Shown in pieces: positions 17,146 to 25,681 of a stretch of 35,629 bases of DNA. This DNA is from an uncultured Anaerolineales bacterium (GTDB taxonomy: Bacteria; Chloroflexota; Anaerolineae; B4-G1; DUEL01), in NCBI GenBank assembly GCA_964580565.1, contig CAZOLN010000008.1:1209-36837 (forward strand). The letters run 5' to 3'. How positions within the stretch are numbered: position 1 is the stretch's first letter; each line of letters starts with the position of its first letter. The notes under the pieces were generated by a model. That model saw nothing but the letters and a program-made list of their open reading frames with translations. It ran no database searches and had not been told where the DNA came from. A program made the translations under genes and the position numbers.

Positions 17146-18126
17146 CTAAACCTTGCGGATCCAGCGGCGGGTGGGGCCGTCCATCCGGGAGGCTACTTTC
17201 CCCTCTTCCTCCAACCAATCCAGGTGGCCGATGACCTCGGAGACGGCCAGGAATCGGTTGATGGGATCGAGGTCGGGGAAGAGGGCCAGGCTGATCTCGT
17301 AGGCTGAGTGCTCCCCATCGCTGAGGACATCCAGTACCTGTTGGGCGCGCTCCCTGTGGAAAGCCAGCCGCTGCTCGACCAACCCCTTCACGTCGGTGAT
17401 GGGCGGGCCGTGGCCCGGGAGGGCCAGGTCGATCTCCATCTGCGCCACGCGCTTCAACTGGGCCAGGTAGTCCAGGAGCCTCCGGGGGCGGGGCTCTCCC
17501 TCCCTCCGGGGTGGCTCGACGATGGGGTTGGAGGAGACGTCCCGCAGGAGGTGATCGCTGGAGAGGAGGAGGCAGCGCTGGGGCTGGTAGAAGCAGACTA
17601 GGCCGCCGGTGTGGCCGGGGGTGTGGAGCACCCGCCACGGCTCGCCGCCCAGGCGGAGGACCGCGCCGTCCTCCAGGGGAAGGTCCGGCCGGACCGCCTG
17701 GGCGAAGCGGCTGTAGCCCCGGCGGGCCGCTGCGATCTGGGCCATCACCTCAGGGGGCATCCCCGCCTCCTGCATCAGAGCGGCGTAGAAGGCCAGCCTG
17801 CGCTCCCGCTCTGCGGCGTAGTCGGCCAATTCGGGGAAATTCAGCGGGTGGGTCAGCACCTGCGCGCCGGAGGCCTCCACGACCTCGGCGGCCATCCCGG
17901 CGTGGTCGCTGTGGACGTGAGTGAGGACAATCCGCCGAACGTCGTGCAACCGGTAGCCGAGGGCCGCAAGCCCCCCCCGCAGCCCCTCCCGCGCCGGGTC
18001 GAACCGCGGGCCGACATCGATCAGGGTGAGGCCGTCCTCCTCCTCGACCACGTACACGTTAACGGGTCCGACGGGGAAGGGGGTGGGAACGGAGAGACGG
18101 TGGAGGTAGGGCGGGATGCGGCTCAT
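17146..18126 (-). CDS. MBL-fold metallo-hydrolase (start trimmed to MSRIPPYLH...)
   Basis: The THVHSDHAG metal-binding motif, then HTPGHTGG. The ATG overlaps the upstream MaoC stop (ATGA at 18123-18126). Confidence 0.85.
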   Translation of the reverse strand: MSRIPPYLHRLSVPTPFPVGPVNVYVVEEEDGLTLIDVGPRFDPAREGLRGGLAALGYRLHDVRRIVLTHVHSDHAGMAAEVVEASGAQVLTHPLNFPELADYAAERERRLAFYAALMQEAGMPPEVMAQIAAARRGYSRFAQAVRPDLPLEDGAVLRLGGEPWRVLHTPGHTGGLVCFYQPQRCLLLSSDHLLRDVSSNPIVEPPRREGEPRPRRLLDYLAQLKRVAQMEIDLALPGHGPPITDVKGLVEQRLAFHRERAQQVLDVLSDGEHSAYEISLALFPDLDPINRFLAVSEVIGHLDWLEEEGKVASRMDGPTRRWIRKV

Positions 18127-18599
18127 TCCTCCTCGTCCCCTCCCGTCTTCTCGCCGCGGATCAACAGGGTCCACGTCCCCTTCTGCACCACCTGATCGCG
18201 CTGGTTCAGCAGCGTAGCGGCAAAGGTGACGAACCCACCGCCCAGCCGGGGGGCTTCCTTCTTATGCTTCACCTCGATGCGCAGCCGCACCGTGTCGCCG
18301 ATACGGATCGGTGCGCGGAACTTCCACTCGATCGCGGTCAGCGCCTCCGCTGTGCCCTCCAGGAGCCCGGTCCGCCAGGCCAGGCCGCTGGCGATGGCCA
18401 AGCCCAGGATGCCGTGGGCGATCCGCTCGCCGAAGATGGTCGTCTTGGCGTACTCGGCGTCGGTGTGGAGGGGGTTGTAGTCGCCGGAGAGACCGGCGAA
18501 GAGGACCACGTCCGCCTCGGTGACGGTGCGGGCCGGCGTCTCAACGGTCTGCCCGATCTCCAGACCCTCGAACGGTACACCTCGCAAATCGATCATCAC
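18123..18599 (-). CDS. MaoC-like (R)-specific enoyl-CoA hydratase / hotdog-fold dehydratase
   Basis: FAGLSGDYNPLHTDAEYAKTTIFGERIAHG is the MaoC dehydratase signature region. 158 aa. Confidence 0.88.
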   Translation of the reverse strand: MMIDLRGVPFEGLEIGQTVETPARTVTEADVVLFAGLSGDYNPLHTDAEYAKTTIFGERIAHGILGLAIASGLAWRTGLLEGTAEALTAIEWKFRAPIRIGDTVRLRIEVKHKKEAPRLGGGFVTFAATLLNQRDQVVQKGTWTLLIRGEKTGGDEEE

Positions 18600-18622
18600 C
18601 TCGCTCTCCTTGGATGAAATAG

Positions 18623-18694
18623 CACCACAGAGACACAGAGGAGACAGAGTTTTCTCTGATTATGAGACCCTCTGTGCTCTCCGTGTCTCTGTGG
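18623..18694. repeat. REP/MITE-like palindromic element, CACAGAGG family (copy g)
   Basis: Left arm is CACCACAGAGACACAGAGGAGACAGAG (18623-18649). Right arm is CCCTCTGTGCTCTCCGTGTCTCTGTGG (18668-18694). It lies between the stop of the 868-aa gene and the start of the MaoC gene. Confidence 0.85.
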
Positions 18695-18711
18695 TTCTAT
18701 GGTTCTTGTAC

Positions 18712-21318
18712 TCAGCGGCGCCAGCGGTAGTCCCTGGCGAGCGCCATCCGGAAGTCCGCCTGGATCTGATCCTTTACGTTGATCGCCCAGGCGTCCCCCT
18801 GCCAGCGGTAGAGGAGCAGGCAGTGGATCTGCTGGGCGTGGGGGGAGGAATTCCAGCGATGGATCTCCTCGTAGGCCGCCCGCACCCACCCGATGTTCCG
18901 GTTCACCCATCCCGCGGGTCCGCTGCCGTCGGGGTTGATCGTCCAGTGGTTGGTCTCGGTGATGTAGACCGGCCGATCCCGCCATTTCTCCGGAACGGCC
19001 TCGATGAAAGTGCGGTAGGCCTGGAAGTCGTAATAATGCTCGTGGGGCGTGCCGGGGTCGAGCGGCGGGTCGGTGAAGACCTTGCGGTGGGTGATGTAGT
19101 CGACCACCGGGCCGTGGGTGTAGGTGTGGAGGGCGAAACCGTCCAGGTTCTCGATCCCGTCCAGCATCTCGCGGAAGTAGTCCAGCGGACGGTAGCGACG
19201 GCCCCCCATCAGCGCCCAAGGGAAGGTGTTGTACGGGTCCACCGCGCCGGGGACCACCACCGCGTTGGGGAGCACCGTCTTGATGTACCGATAGGCCAGG
19301 TTGAAGGCCCGGGCGTACAGTTGCGGCGTGATATGCTCCCGCGGGTGCTGCGGGCCGCCGGGGTGTTCCCGCACGTTGTTCTGCTCGTTGCCGATGACGA
19401 TGACCCAGGTGTAGATCCGGGAACTCACCTCGGGATGCTTGAGGTACAGTTCGGCGTAGCGAGCGCAGGTGCGGGCGAAATCCTCGTAGTAGCGGGACTC
19501 CGGCAGCGTGCCGTTGGGCTCGTAGCCGTTGTTGAGGCGGATGATGACCCCGTAGCCGGAGCGCGCCCAGTCCCACAACCTACGACGGCGGAACTCGTCC
19601 GGCCCCAGCGCGTTCGGGTTGTGACCGATGTCCTCGGTGAAGAGGACCCAGCCGGTCTTGCCCGAACCCCGGAAGAGGTGGCGGAAGTCCTCCGTCTCGT
19701 TCACCCTGGCCCCGTGGATGCCGAAGATCCAGGCGCACTCCCCGAAGGGAAGCACGGCGTCGTTCGCCGGACGGCGCTCGTCGGGCGGGACGTCGGGGTC
19801 CAGATGGCCCGCCTCCACATACCCCTCGTGGAGGCTGGGGGTGCGGACGTGGAGCCATTCCCCAACACGGCCCACCCTGGCTTCCACCTCGCGGGGGTCG
19901 TCGAGGACCTGGAGGATGGTCCCCCTGGGCACGCGCCAGATCACCGATCCGTCGACGCGGGGGATGGAGCGGACGTCGAGGTCGCCCGGACCGGTGACGC
20001 GGACGTGGGTCGGCACAGGCTCCTCGTGGCCGGGGGCGTGGTCGGTGACATACCAGGCGGCGATCCACCCCTCGGGGCCGTCCGGCTCCAGTTGGACGTT
20101 GAGCCATTGGCCCCTCTTGCCCACCTTCTCTCGAGCGGCTATCGGGTCTTCCAGCACCCGCAGCCGCGCCTCGGGGTAGAGGCGGCCGATCAGCGTGTCG
20201 TGACGGACCACCGGCCGGTTGCGATAGTTGACCTCCTGCTCGGTCCAGACGTGGGTGACCTGGCCCGGAGGGGCGGGAGGCGGAGGGGAGAGCGTCGGCG
20301 GGGGGCCGGGGTCGACCTGGGAGGTCTTCTCGGCCAAGACCCAGCCCACCATCCCGTCCTCCGTGCGCACCTGAAGCCACCGATCCCCGTCCGGCTCGAC
20401 GAACCAGTCCAACCCCTCCAACGTGGTCCCGTAGATCACCGCCTTCAACCGCAGAGAAGCGGGGTCGGGGCGATGGTAGAGGACAACCCCCTCCAGGGCA
20501 CGGACGTACACCTGCTCCGGCACGGGCAGGTCCTCCGGCACTTCGGCGAGGGGGAAGTCGCGAATAAGAGGGAACAGCGCATCATCGACCACAGCGGCGG
20601 TGAAGATGCTGAAGAAGGTGGGATTATGAGCCGCCAGCCGGTCCAGCCAGACCTGGAACTCCTCCGGCCCCATTCGAACGGAGCCGTACTCGTCGTGATA
20701 GGGGGCGAGGACAGGGTAGATGGGAGGGCGGTACCCCCAGCGCCGACACCAATACTCATAGTGTCCATAGGTCCACTCGTCGATCACCCGGCGGGCCTGG
20801 AACTCCCAGGAGTAGGAACTGCCGGGGGCAAAGAAGGTGCCGTAGGCCATCGGCATCAGGCCGCCCTTGCAGATCTCGTTCAGTTCGTCGTAGGGGAGGT
20901 TCCGGTGGTGGGAGATGTTGGGGAAGGAGCAATTGTACAGCCGGTCCAGATCGAGGCCCAGGTCGCGAACGGCACGGACGAGGGCGCGGGCGTTGCTGAA
21001 CTTACCGCGGCAAGGGCCCTCCGTGTCGAAGACCAGACCCTGGTACCCTTCCTGGAAGGCCCGGGCTACCGCATGCGCCTCGCCCGTTGGATCATCGAGG
21101 AGTAGCCACATCCAGCCGATAGGGATCAGCCCTGCGTCCGCAATCCGCTGGGCCGCCCGATCTGAACCACGCAGGTAGAGCGGCCCGTGGGCGACCTTGT
21201 AGAGGATATGGGTCGCCCCAACCTGCTGGGCGATCTCGATGGCCCGGTCCAGTTCCGAGGTCGTGCCCCCGCGAGGTCGGGCCCAGATCCCCTTTCCGTG
21301 CAGTCGGTTCTCCGACAT
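18712..21318 (-). CDS. Large modular protein: N-terminal glycoside-hydrolase-like TIM-barrel domain, three SH3b-like modules, C-terminal clan GH-A-like glycosidase domain; no signal peptide
   Basis: aa 1-255 are DUF1906/GH25-like by eye (GLIPIGWMWLLLDD...GLVFDTE). aa 268-332, 356-424 and 437-505 each look like bacterial SH3 (...GWVLA, ...GWIAAWYV, ...EGYVEAGHL). aa 525-868 carry VIGNEQN (aa 643-647) and YITETN (aa 786-790), which resemble the acid/base and nucleophile strands of clan GH-A. A strong AAGGAGGGAG SD is present. Confidence 0.8.
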   Translation of the reverse strand: MSENRLHGKGIWARPRGGTTSELDRAIEIAQQVGATHILYKVAHGPLYLRGSDRAAQRIADAGLIPIGWMWLLLDDPTGEAHAVARAFQEGYQGLVFDTEGPCRGKFSNARALVRAVRDLGLDLDRLYNCSFPNISHHRNLPYDELNEICKGGLMPMAYGTFFAPGSSYSWEFQARRVIDEWTYGHYEYWCRRWGYRPPIYPVLAPYHDEYGSVRMGPEEFQVWLDRLAAHNPTFFSIFTAAVVDDALFPLIRDFPLAEVPEDLPVPEQVYVRALEGVVLYHRPDPASLRLKAVIYGTTLEGLDWFVEPDGDRWLQVRTEDGMVGWVLAEKTSQVDPGPPPTLSPPPPAPPGQVTHVWTEQEVNYRNRPVVRHDTLIGRLYPEARLRVLEDPIAAREKVGKRGQWLNVQLEPDGPEGWIAAWYVTDHAPGHEEPVPTHVRVTGPGDLDVRSIPRVDGSVIWRVPRGTILQVLDDPREVEARVGRVGEWLHVRTPSLHEGYVEAGHLDPDVPPDERRPANDAVLPFGECAWIFGIHGARVNETEDFRHLFRGSGKTGWVLFTEDIGHNPNALGPDEFRRRRLWDWARSGYGVIIRLNNGYEPNGTLPESRYYEDFARTCARYAELYLKHPEVSSRIYTWVIVIGNEQNNVREHPGGPQHPREHITPQLYARAFNLAYRYIKTVLPNAVVVPGAVDPYNTFPWALMGGRRYRPLDYFREMLDGIENLDGFALHTYTHGPVVDYITHRKVFTDPPLDPGTPHEHYYDFQAYRTFIEAVPEKWRDRPVYITETNHWTINPDGSGPAGWVNRNIGWVRAAYEEIHRWNSSPHAQQIHCLLLYRWQGDAWAINVKDQIQADFRMALARDYRWRR

Positions 21319-21362
21319 AGGCTCCCTCCTTGTGGGACGTGAAACGGTGAAGGCTTGGGCCC

Positions 21363-21371
21363 ATTATAGCA
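21363..21371 (-). promoter_or_regulatory. Extended -10 element (TGCTATAAT) upstream of the 868-aa gene
   Basis: The minus strand reads GTTGATGCTATAATGGGCC, about 40 nt upstream of the ATG at 21318. The -35 is weak. Confidence 0.4.
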
Positions 21372-21454
21372 TCAACTGACGAAGAGGAGAATCGCGGCCA
21401 CCCGGCGGGTGCATTTCGATCCGGAGCATCAGGTGCAACGCACCCTCCCTTGCT

Positions 21455-22054
21455 TCAGAGCTGGATCCGTCGCTCCTCCCCGCGCAGGAGCCGCCGGATG
21501 TTGGGGCGGAGCGACCAGAGGGTGAGGGCGGACGTCAAGACGCCGTGGACGACGTACGCCCACGGGCCCCATCCCAGGGCCGCCCGAACGGCGAAGAGGA
21601 GCGGCAGGACGAGAGCGAGGGTGATGGACCCTAAGGAGGCACGACGGGTGAGGAGGGCGGTGGGGAGCAACACGAGCAGAGAGATGGGGAGGCTCCAGGG
21701 CCAGAGGCCCGTCGCCCCACCGATGGAGGCCATCGTGCCCGCCCCGCCTCGGAACCCCAGGAAGACGGAGTAGTTGTGCCCCACGACGGCGGTGACGCCC
21801 GCAAGGGCGACCAACAGCGGGGAGCCGCCCAACTGGCGGGCGAAGAGGACCGCAGCCAACGCCTTCAGCCCGTCGCCCACCCCGGTCAGCACAGCGGCCT
21901 TCCATCCGGCGGCCCGCAGCACGTTGGTCCCCCCAGTCCGTCCGCTCCCCACTTCGCGCACGTCGATCCCGCGCAGCCAGCGGACGACCAGGTAGCCTAC
22001 GGGGATGGAACCCAGGAGGTAGCCCGTGAGCAGGACCACGATCCATTGCCACAT
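21455..22054 (-). CDS. plsY: Glycerol-3-phosphate acyltransferase PlsY (start trimmed to MWQWIVV...)
   Basis: YLLGSIPVGYLV...DVREVGSGRTGGTNVLR...KG and multiple TM helices are the PlsY signature. Confidence 0.92.
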   Translation of the reverse strand: MWQWIVVLLTGYLLGSIPVGYLVVRWLRGIDVREVGSGRTGGTNVLRAAGWKAAVLTGVGDGLKALAAVLFARQLGGSPLLVALAGVTAVVGHNYSVFLGFRGGAGTMASIGGATGLWPWSLPISLLVLLPTALLTRRASLGSITLALVLPLLFAVRAALGWGPWAYVVHGVLTSALTLWSLRPNIRRLLRGEERRIQL

Positions 22055-22151
22055 TTCACCTATCCCTCTGAGGAGTGATCGTTTGCGGGAAGGGAAGCCG
22101 TCGCCTCCCTCCCTCCTCGGCGTCAGAACTTGTGTGCTCGCAGTGTTAGAA

Positions 22152-22176
22152 CACCTCAGAGGCGCGGAGGACACGG
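22152..22176. repeat. Degenerate half copy of the CACAGAGG repeat family
   Basis: CACCTCAGAGGCGCGGAGGACACGG lies in the plsY/LCP divergent intergenic region. A distant partial complement (CCTCTGAGGAGTG, 22065-22077) lies about 75 nt upstream. Confidence 0.4.
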
Positions 22177-22225
22177 CGAATCGAGTATATCTCGAGCGAG
22201 AAGCGTTGGCAAGCCAGAGCGATTG

Positions 22226-22253
22226 TTGCAGGGACCGGGGAAGAGGGTATAAT
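22226..22253 (+). promoter_or_regulatory. Candidate promoter of the LCP gene (leaderless-type spacing)
   Basis: TTGCAG (22226-22231), a 16-nt spacer, TATAAT (22248-22253). Ten nt without an SD lie before the ATG at 22264. Confidence 0.45.
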
Positions 22254-22263
22254 TTTATGCAGT

Positions 22264-23814
22264 ATGAGCCCGCGGGAGTGGCGTATCCTGCAGACGTTGA
22301 TGGTCCTGGCCTTCGTGGTGCTGTGGCTGGTGGGCGCAGCGGTGTTGGGGCTGACCCTCGCAGCCGGGATCAACGGTTCCCCGTCCCCTCCCCCCGTCTC
22401 CCTTGCCTCTTCGCCCTCCACGCCTCCCCCTACGCCTTCCGCAACACCGTCCCCCCCGCCTTCACCTTCGCCTGTATCCGCTCCGGCCGCGACCCCCTCT
22501 CCCTCGCCGACGCCGCTTCCCAGGGCCACGGCGACCCCCACGCCTCTTCCGACCGCCACGTTCACCCCCCTCCCCACCGCCACGCCGGTGCCGCTCCCAC
22601 AGCCCATCACGCCCCAGCCGATCCGGACCGTCTGGCCGACCCCCGACCCCACGCGGGCTGCCATCAGCCCGTTGCCCATCCCCACGCCGGTCCCGCCGGT
22701 CCCCGTGGCCCCGGACGCAATCAACATCGTCGTCCTCGGCAGCGACCAACGGCCCGAGTGGTCGGAGTGGCACACCGACGCCGTCCACATCATCTCCATC
22801 CAGAGGGAGCGGGCCGTTGTGTCGGTCATCTCCATCCCCCGCGACCTCTACGTCTACATCCCCGGTTTCTGGATGAGCCGGATCAACTTCGCCGACTACT
22901 ATGGAGAGGCCTACGGCTACGAGGGGGGCGGCCCGGCGCTGGTGCGGGACACCATCCTATACAACCTGGGAATCCGGGTCGACTACTACGTCCGCACCAA
23001 CTTCGACGGTCTGATCGGGATCGTCGACACGCTGGGCGGGGTGGACATCCCGGTCCACTGCCGGCTCACGGACCACTGGCCTTATCCGGACGAGAACGGC
23101 GAGTACCCCATCCTGACGCTGGAACCGGGGGTCCACCACATGGACGGGGAGACAGCCCTCTGGTACGCTCGGTCCCGCCGGACGACCAGCGTCTTCTCCC
23201 GAGATCGACGCCAGCAGCAGGTCCTCCAGGCGATCTGGCACAAGGTGCGGGACACCGGGATGCTCCGCCAGGCCCCGACCCTGTGGGAGCAAGTACAGGG
23301 CATGGTCGTGACCGATATGGACTTCTCCGTGATCCTCGATCTGGTCCGAGTGGCCTTCCTCCTGCAGGATCAGAACATCCGCTTCTACAGCATCGGCCGG
23401 GAGCAGGTGATCCCCTGGACGACGCCCTACGGTGGGGCGGTCTTTCTCCCCAACTGGGAAGCGATCCAACCGATCCTCACCGAGGCATTGGCCCCCGTCT
23501 CCGAGGCTCGGATGGCCCGGACCTTTATGCCGGTCGAGGTGTGGAACGGGACACCCAATCCGGATTGGGACCTCCTGGCGGCGGATCGGCTCTATCGGGC
23601 GGGCTTCCCGGCGGTAGTGAGCCAGCCGGACCGGCGGGATTACGCGCGGACCCAGATCGTCGTCTTCAGCGACCACGCCAAAGGGACCGGGTTGCGGTAT
23701 CTGCAGGAGATGTTCCGGGTACCGGACGACCGGGTGAGTTACCAGCCCGGCGGGTCCCCCGGCTTCGGCTTCCGGCTCATCATTGGGGCCGACTACCAGA
23801 CCTGCGACCAGTAG
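22264..23814 (+). CDS. LytR-CpsA-Psr (LCP) family cell-envelope phosphotransferase with Pro/Ser/Thr linker and LytR_C-like C-terminal domain
   Basis: An N-terminal TM helix, a PSPT-rich linker of about 100 aa, an LCP core (INIVVLGSDQR...HTDAVHIISI...SIPRDLYV...RINFADYYG...DYYVRTNFDGLIGIVDTLGGVDI) and a C-terminal VEVWNGTPNPDWDLLAADRL. Confidence 0.9.
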   Translation: MSPREWRILQTLMVLAFVVLWLVGAAVLGLTLAAGINGSPSPPPVSLASSPSTPPPTPSATPSPPPSPSPVSAPAATPSPSPTPLPRATATPTPLPTATFTPLPTATPVPLPQPITPQPIRTVWPTPDPTRAAISPLPIPTPVPPVPVAPDAINIVVLGSDQRPEWSEWHTDAVHIISIQRERAVVSVISIPRDLYVYIPGFWMSRINFADYYGEAYGYEGGGPALVRDTILYNLGIRVDYYVRTNFDGLIGIVDTLGGVDIPVHCRLTDHWPYPDENGEYPILTLEPGVHHMDGETALWYARSRRTTSVFSRDRRQQQVLQAIWHKVRDTGMLRQAPTLWEQVQGMVVTDMDFSVILDLVRVAFLLQDQNIRFYSIGREQVIPWTTPYGGAVFLPNWEAIQPILTEALAPVSEARMARTFMPVEVWNGTPNPDWDLLAADRLYRAGFPAVVSQPDRRDYARTQIVVFSDHAKGTGLRYLQEMFRVPDDRVSYQPGGSPGFGFRLIIGADYQTCDQ

Positions 23815-23828
23815 GGACTCGTCTGCCC

Positions 23829-23857
23829 TTGCGGTAACGCTGGCCCTGTGGTATAGT
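23829..23857 (+). promoter_or_regulatory. Candidate menA promoter
   Basis: TTGCGG (23829-23834), a 17-nt spacer, TATAGT (23852-23857). A GAGGAGG SD lies before the ATG at 23911. Confidence 0.45.
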
Positions 23858-23910
23858 CCCCCCGCCATCGGAACCGGTGGACACCTTGCCTAGTTTGAGG
23901 AGGTCATCCT

Positions 23911-24849
23911 ATGTCCGCACAGACGCCTACAGCGAAGATGCCCCCCCTATGGGTGATCAAGATGCGCGCGCCTTTCTTCACCGCCGACCTGGTTCCGGTG
24001 CTCCTGGGGACCGCGCTGGCGTGGGCGCGTACGGGGACCTTCAACCTGTGGTATTTCCTGCTCACGCTGCTCGGTGCCGTCTGCCTCAACGCGGGCACCA
24101 ACATGGTTAACGACTATTTCGACCACGTCTGGGGCTCGGACGAGGTCAACACCGAGTTCGCCAATCCCTTCACCGGCGGCAGTCGGCTGATCCAGATGGG
24201 CCTGGTGAAACCGAAGGAGATGCTCTGGCAGGGGATCGGCTTCTTCGTTGCCGGGAGCCTCATCGGCCTGTTCCTGGCCTACACCCGCAGTTGGGCCGTC
24301 CTGTGGATCGGGCTCTTCGGCGTCTTCTGCGGCTATTTCTATACCGCGCCCCCCTTCCGCCTGGCGGGGACCGGCCTCGGGGAACTGGTGGTGGGGCTTT
24401 GCTTCGGCCCCCTGATGGTGCTGGGGGCCTACGTGGTTCAAACCCGGACGCTGGCGTGGGAACCGGTGATAGCCTCCCTTCCGGTGATGCTGCTTATCAC
24501 GCTGGTCCTGTGGATCAACGAATTCCAAGACGCACCGGCCGACGCCGCCGTGGGGAAGACCCACCTGGTAGTTCGCCTGGGCCGGAGGCGGGCGACGACC
24601 GTCTACGGCACCCTGCTAGCGGGGGTTTACCTCTCGCTGGTCGCGGGCGTCCTCTTCGCCGGGGTGACCCCCTTCGCCCTGGTCGGTCTGCTGACCGCCC
24701 CCCTGGCATGGAAGGCCTACCAGGTAGCCCGCGTCCACTACGACCATCCGCAGGAACTGGTCCCAGCCAACGCGCTGACCATCCGGACCCACCTCCTGAC
24801 CGGGCTCCTGCTGGCTCTGGGATACCTGATCCAGGGCGTGATCGGGTAG
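23911..24849 (+). CDS. menA: 1,4-dihydroxy-2-naphthoate polyprenyltransferase (UbiA superfamily, MenA-like)
   Basis: NAGTNMVNDYFD aspartate-rich motif, about 8-9 TM helices, YTAPPFRL and a second motif region WINEFQD. It lies adjacent to ubiE/menG. Confidence 0.85.
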   Translation: MSAQTPTAKMPPLWVIKMRAPFFTADLVPVLLGTALAWARTGTFNLWYFLLTLLGAVCLNAGTNMVNDYFDHVWGSDEVNTEFANPFTGGSRLIQMGLVKPKEMLWQGIGFFVAGSLIGLFLAYTRSWAVLWIGLFGVFCGYFYTAPPFRLAGTGLGELVVGLCFGPLMVLGAYVVQTRTLAWEPVIASLPVMLLITLVLWINEFQDAPADAAVGKTHLVVRLGRRRATTVYGTLLAGVYLSLVAGVLFAGVTPFALVGLLTAPLAWKAYQVARVHYDHPQELVPANALTIRTHLLTGLLLALGYLIQGVIG

Positions 24850-24856
24850 TCTCAGA

Positions 24857-24927
24857 CCCCAGAGACACGGGGGCGTAAGGGGCTCTCGATCCTCCTGGGC
24901 CCCTCTGTGCTCCCTGCGTCTCCGCGG
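24857..24927. repeat. Degenerate copy of the palindromic repeat family (copy h)
   Basis: CCCCAGAGACACGGGGGCGTAAGGGG (24857-24882) and CCCCTCTGTGCTCCCTGCGTCTCCGCGG (24900-24927). It starts 8 nt after the menA stop and ends 12 nt before the ubiE ATG. Confidence 0.55.
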
Positions 24928-24939
24928 CGAAAACGCGAA

Positions 24940-25641
24940 ATGTTCACATCGGCGGAGGAGAAACGGACGTTCACGCGGGACCTGTTCTCCCGCCTGGCCC
25001 CGCGGTACGAGTTGCTCAACGTGCTGATGTCGCTGGGACAGGTGGAAGGATGGCGACGAGCGGCGGCTCAAGCGGCCCAGATCCCGCCAGGGGGGTGGGC
25101 ACTGGACGTGGCGGCCGGGGAGGGAGGGCTGACCCGCGCGCTGGTCGCCCGTTGGCCGGAGGCCCGTGTGGTGGCGGTGGACTTCACCCCCCAGATGGTC
25201 CGACTGGGCCGCACCCGGACCGGCAGGCGGGTCCATTGGGCGGAGGGGGATGCCCTCCGCCTTCCGTTTCCCGACGGCACCTTCGACGCCGTGGTCAACG
25301 CCTTTATGTTGCGCAACGTGGTCGACGTGGAGGGAGCCCTGGCCGAGCAAGCCCGCGTCGTCCGACCCGGCGGGCGGGTGGTCTGCCTGGAGATGACATG
25401 GCCGCGCAGCCGGTGGTTCCGCCCGCTGTTCCGGCTCTACTTCTTCGGCTGGGTCCCTCTGCTGGGCGGACTCCTGACCGGGCAGCGGGACGCCTACCAG
25501 TACCTGCCCCGCTCCGTGCACGAGTTCCTCCCCCCCGAGGGTGTGGCAGCGACAATGGAACGGGTGGGGCTGGGGCAGGTGCAGTACCGGCTGATGGGAA
25601 TGGGAACGGTGGCGTTGTACGTGGGGAGGCGGAATCCCTGA
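24940..25641 (+). CDS. ubiE: Demethylmenaquinone/ubiquinone methyltransferase UbiE/MenG (start trimmed to MFTSAEEK...)
   Basis: VTRDLFSRLAPRYELLNVLMSLG-type N-terminus, ALDVAAGEG SAM motif I, and RLPFPDGTFDAVVNAFMLRNV...ALAEQARVVRPGGRVVCLE. The upstream GTG at 24907 lies inside the repeat element. Confidence 0.9.
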   Translation: MFTSAEEKRTFTRDLFSRLAPRYELLNVLMSLGQVEGWRRAAAQAAQIPPGGWALDVAAGEGGLTRALVARWPEARVVAVDFTPQMVRLGRTRTGRRVHWAEGDALRLPFPDGTFDAVVNAFMLRNVVDVEGALAEQARVVRPGGRVVCLEMTWPRSRWFRPLFRLYFFGWVPLLGGLLTGQRDAYQYLPRSVHEFLPPEGVAATMERVGLGQVQYRLMGMGTVALYVGRRNP

Positions 25642-25681
25642 ATCCGCCCCCAAACTGCAGACCTAGAACCGTGAACCAGCC

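Noticed and set aside
4271-18694. Whether the recurring CACAGAGG-type repeats are a CRISPR array.
   Set aside because: Copies are kilobases apart. Each is a self-complementary inverted pair rather than a direct repeat separated by unique spacers of constant length. No cas genes are present.
21319-22263. Intergenic regions 21319-21454, 22055-22263 and 35344-35548, scanned by eye for tRNA, sRNA or further riboswitches.
   Set aside because: I found no cloverleaf-compatible acceptor/T-arm pairing and no known riboswitch cores. Only promoters, short hairpins and a degenerate repeat half-copy were seen. A covariance-model scan would be needed to exclude small RNAs.
22380-22700. A low-complexity CCN/ACN/TCN-rich DNA tract, with a similar one at about 11040-11210, considered as possible non-coding repeat arrays.
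   Set aside because: They are in frame within well-supported CDSs and encode Pro/Ser/Thr-rich extracytoplasmic linkers (for example the repeated TPLPTAT). They are coding low complexity, not independent elements.
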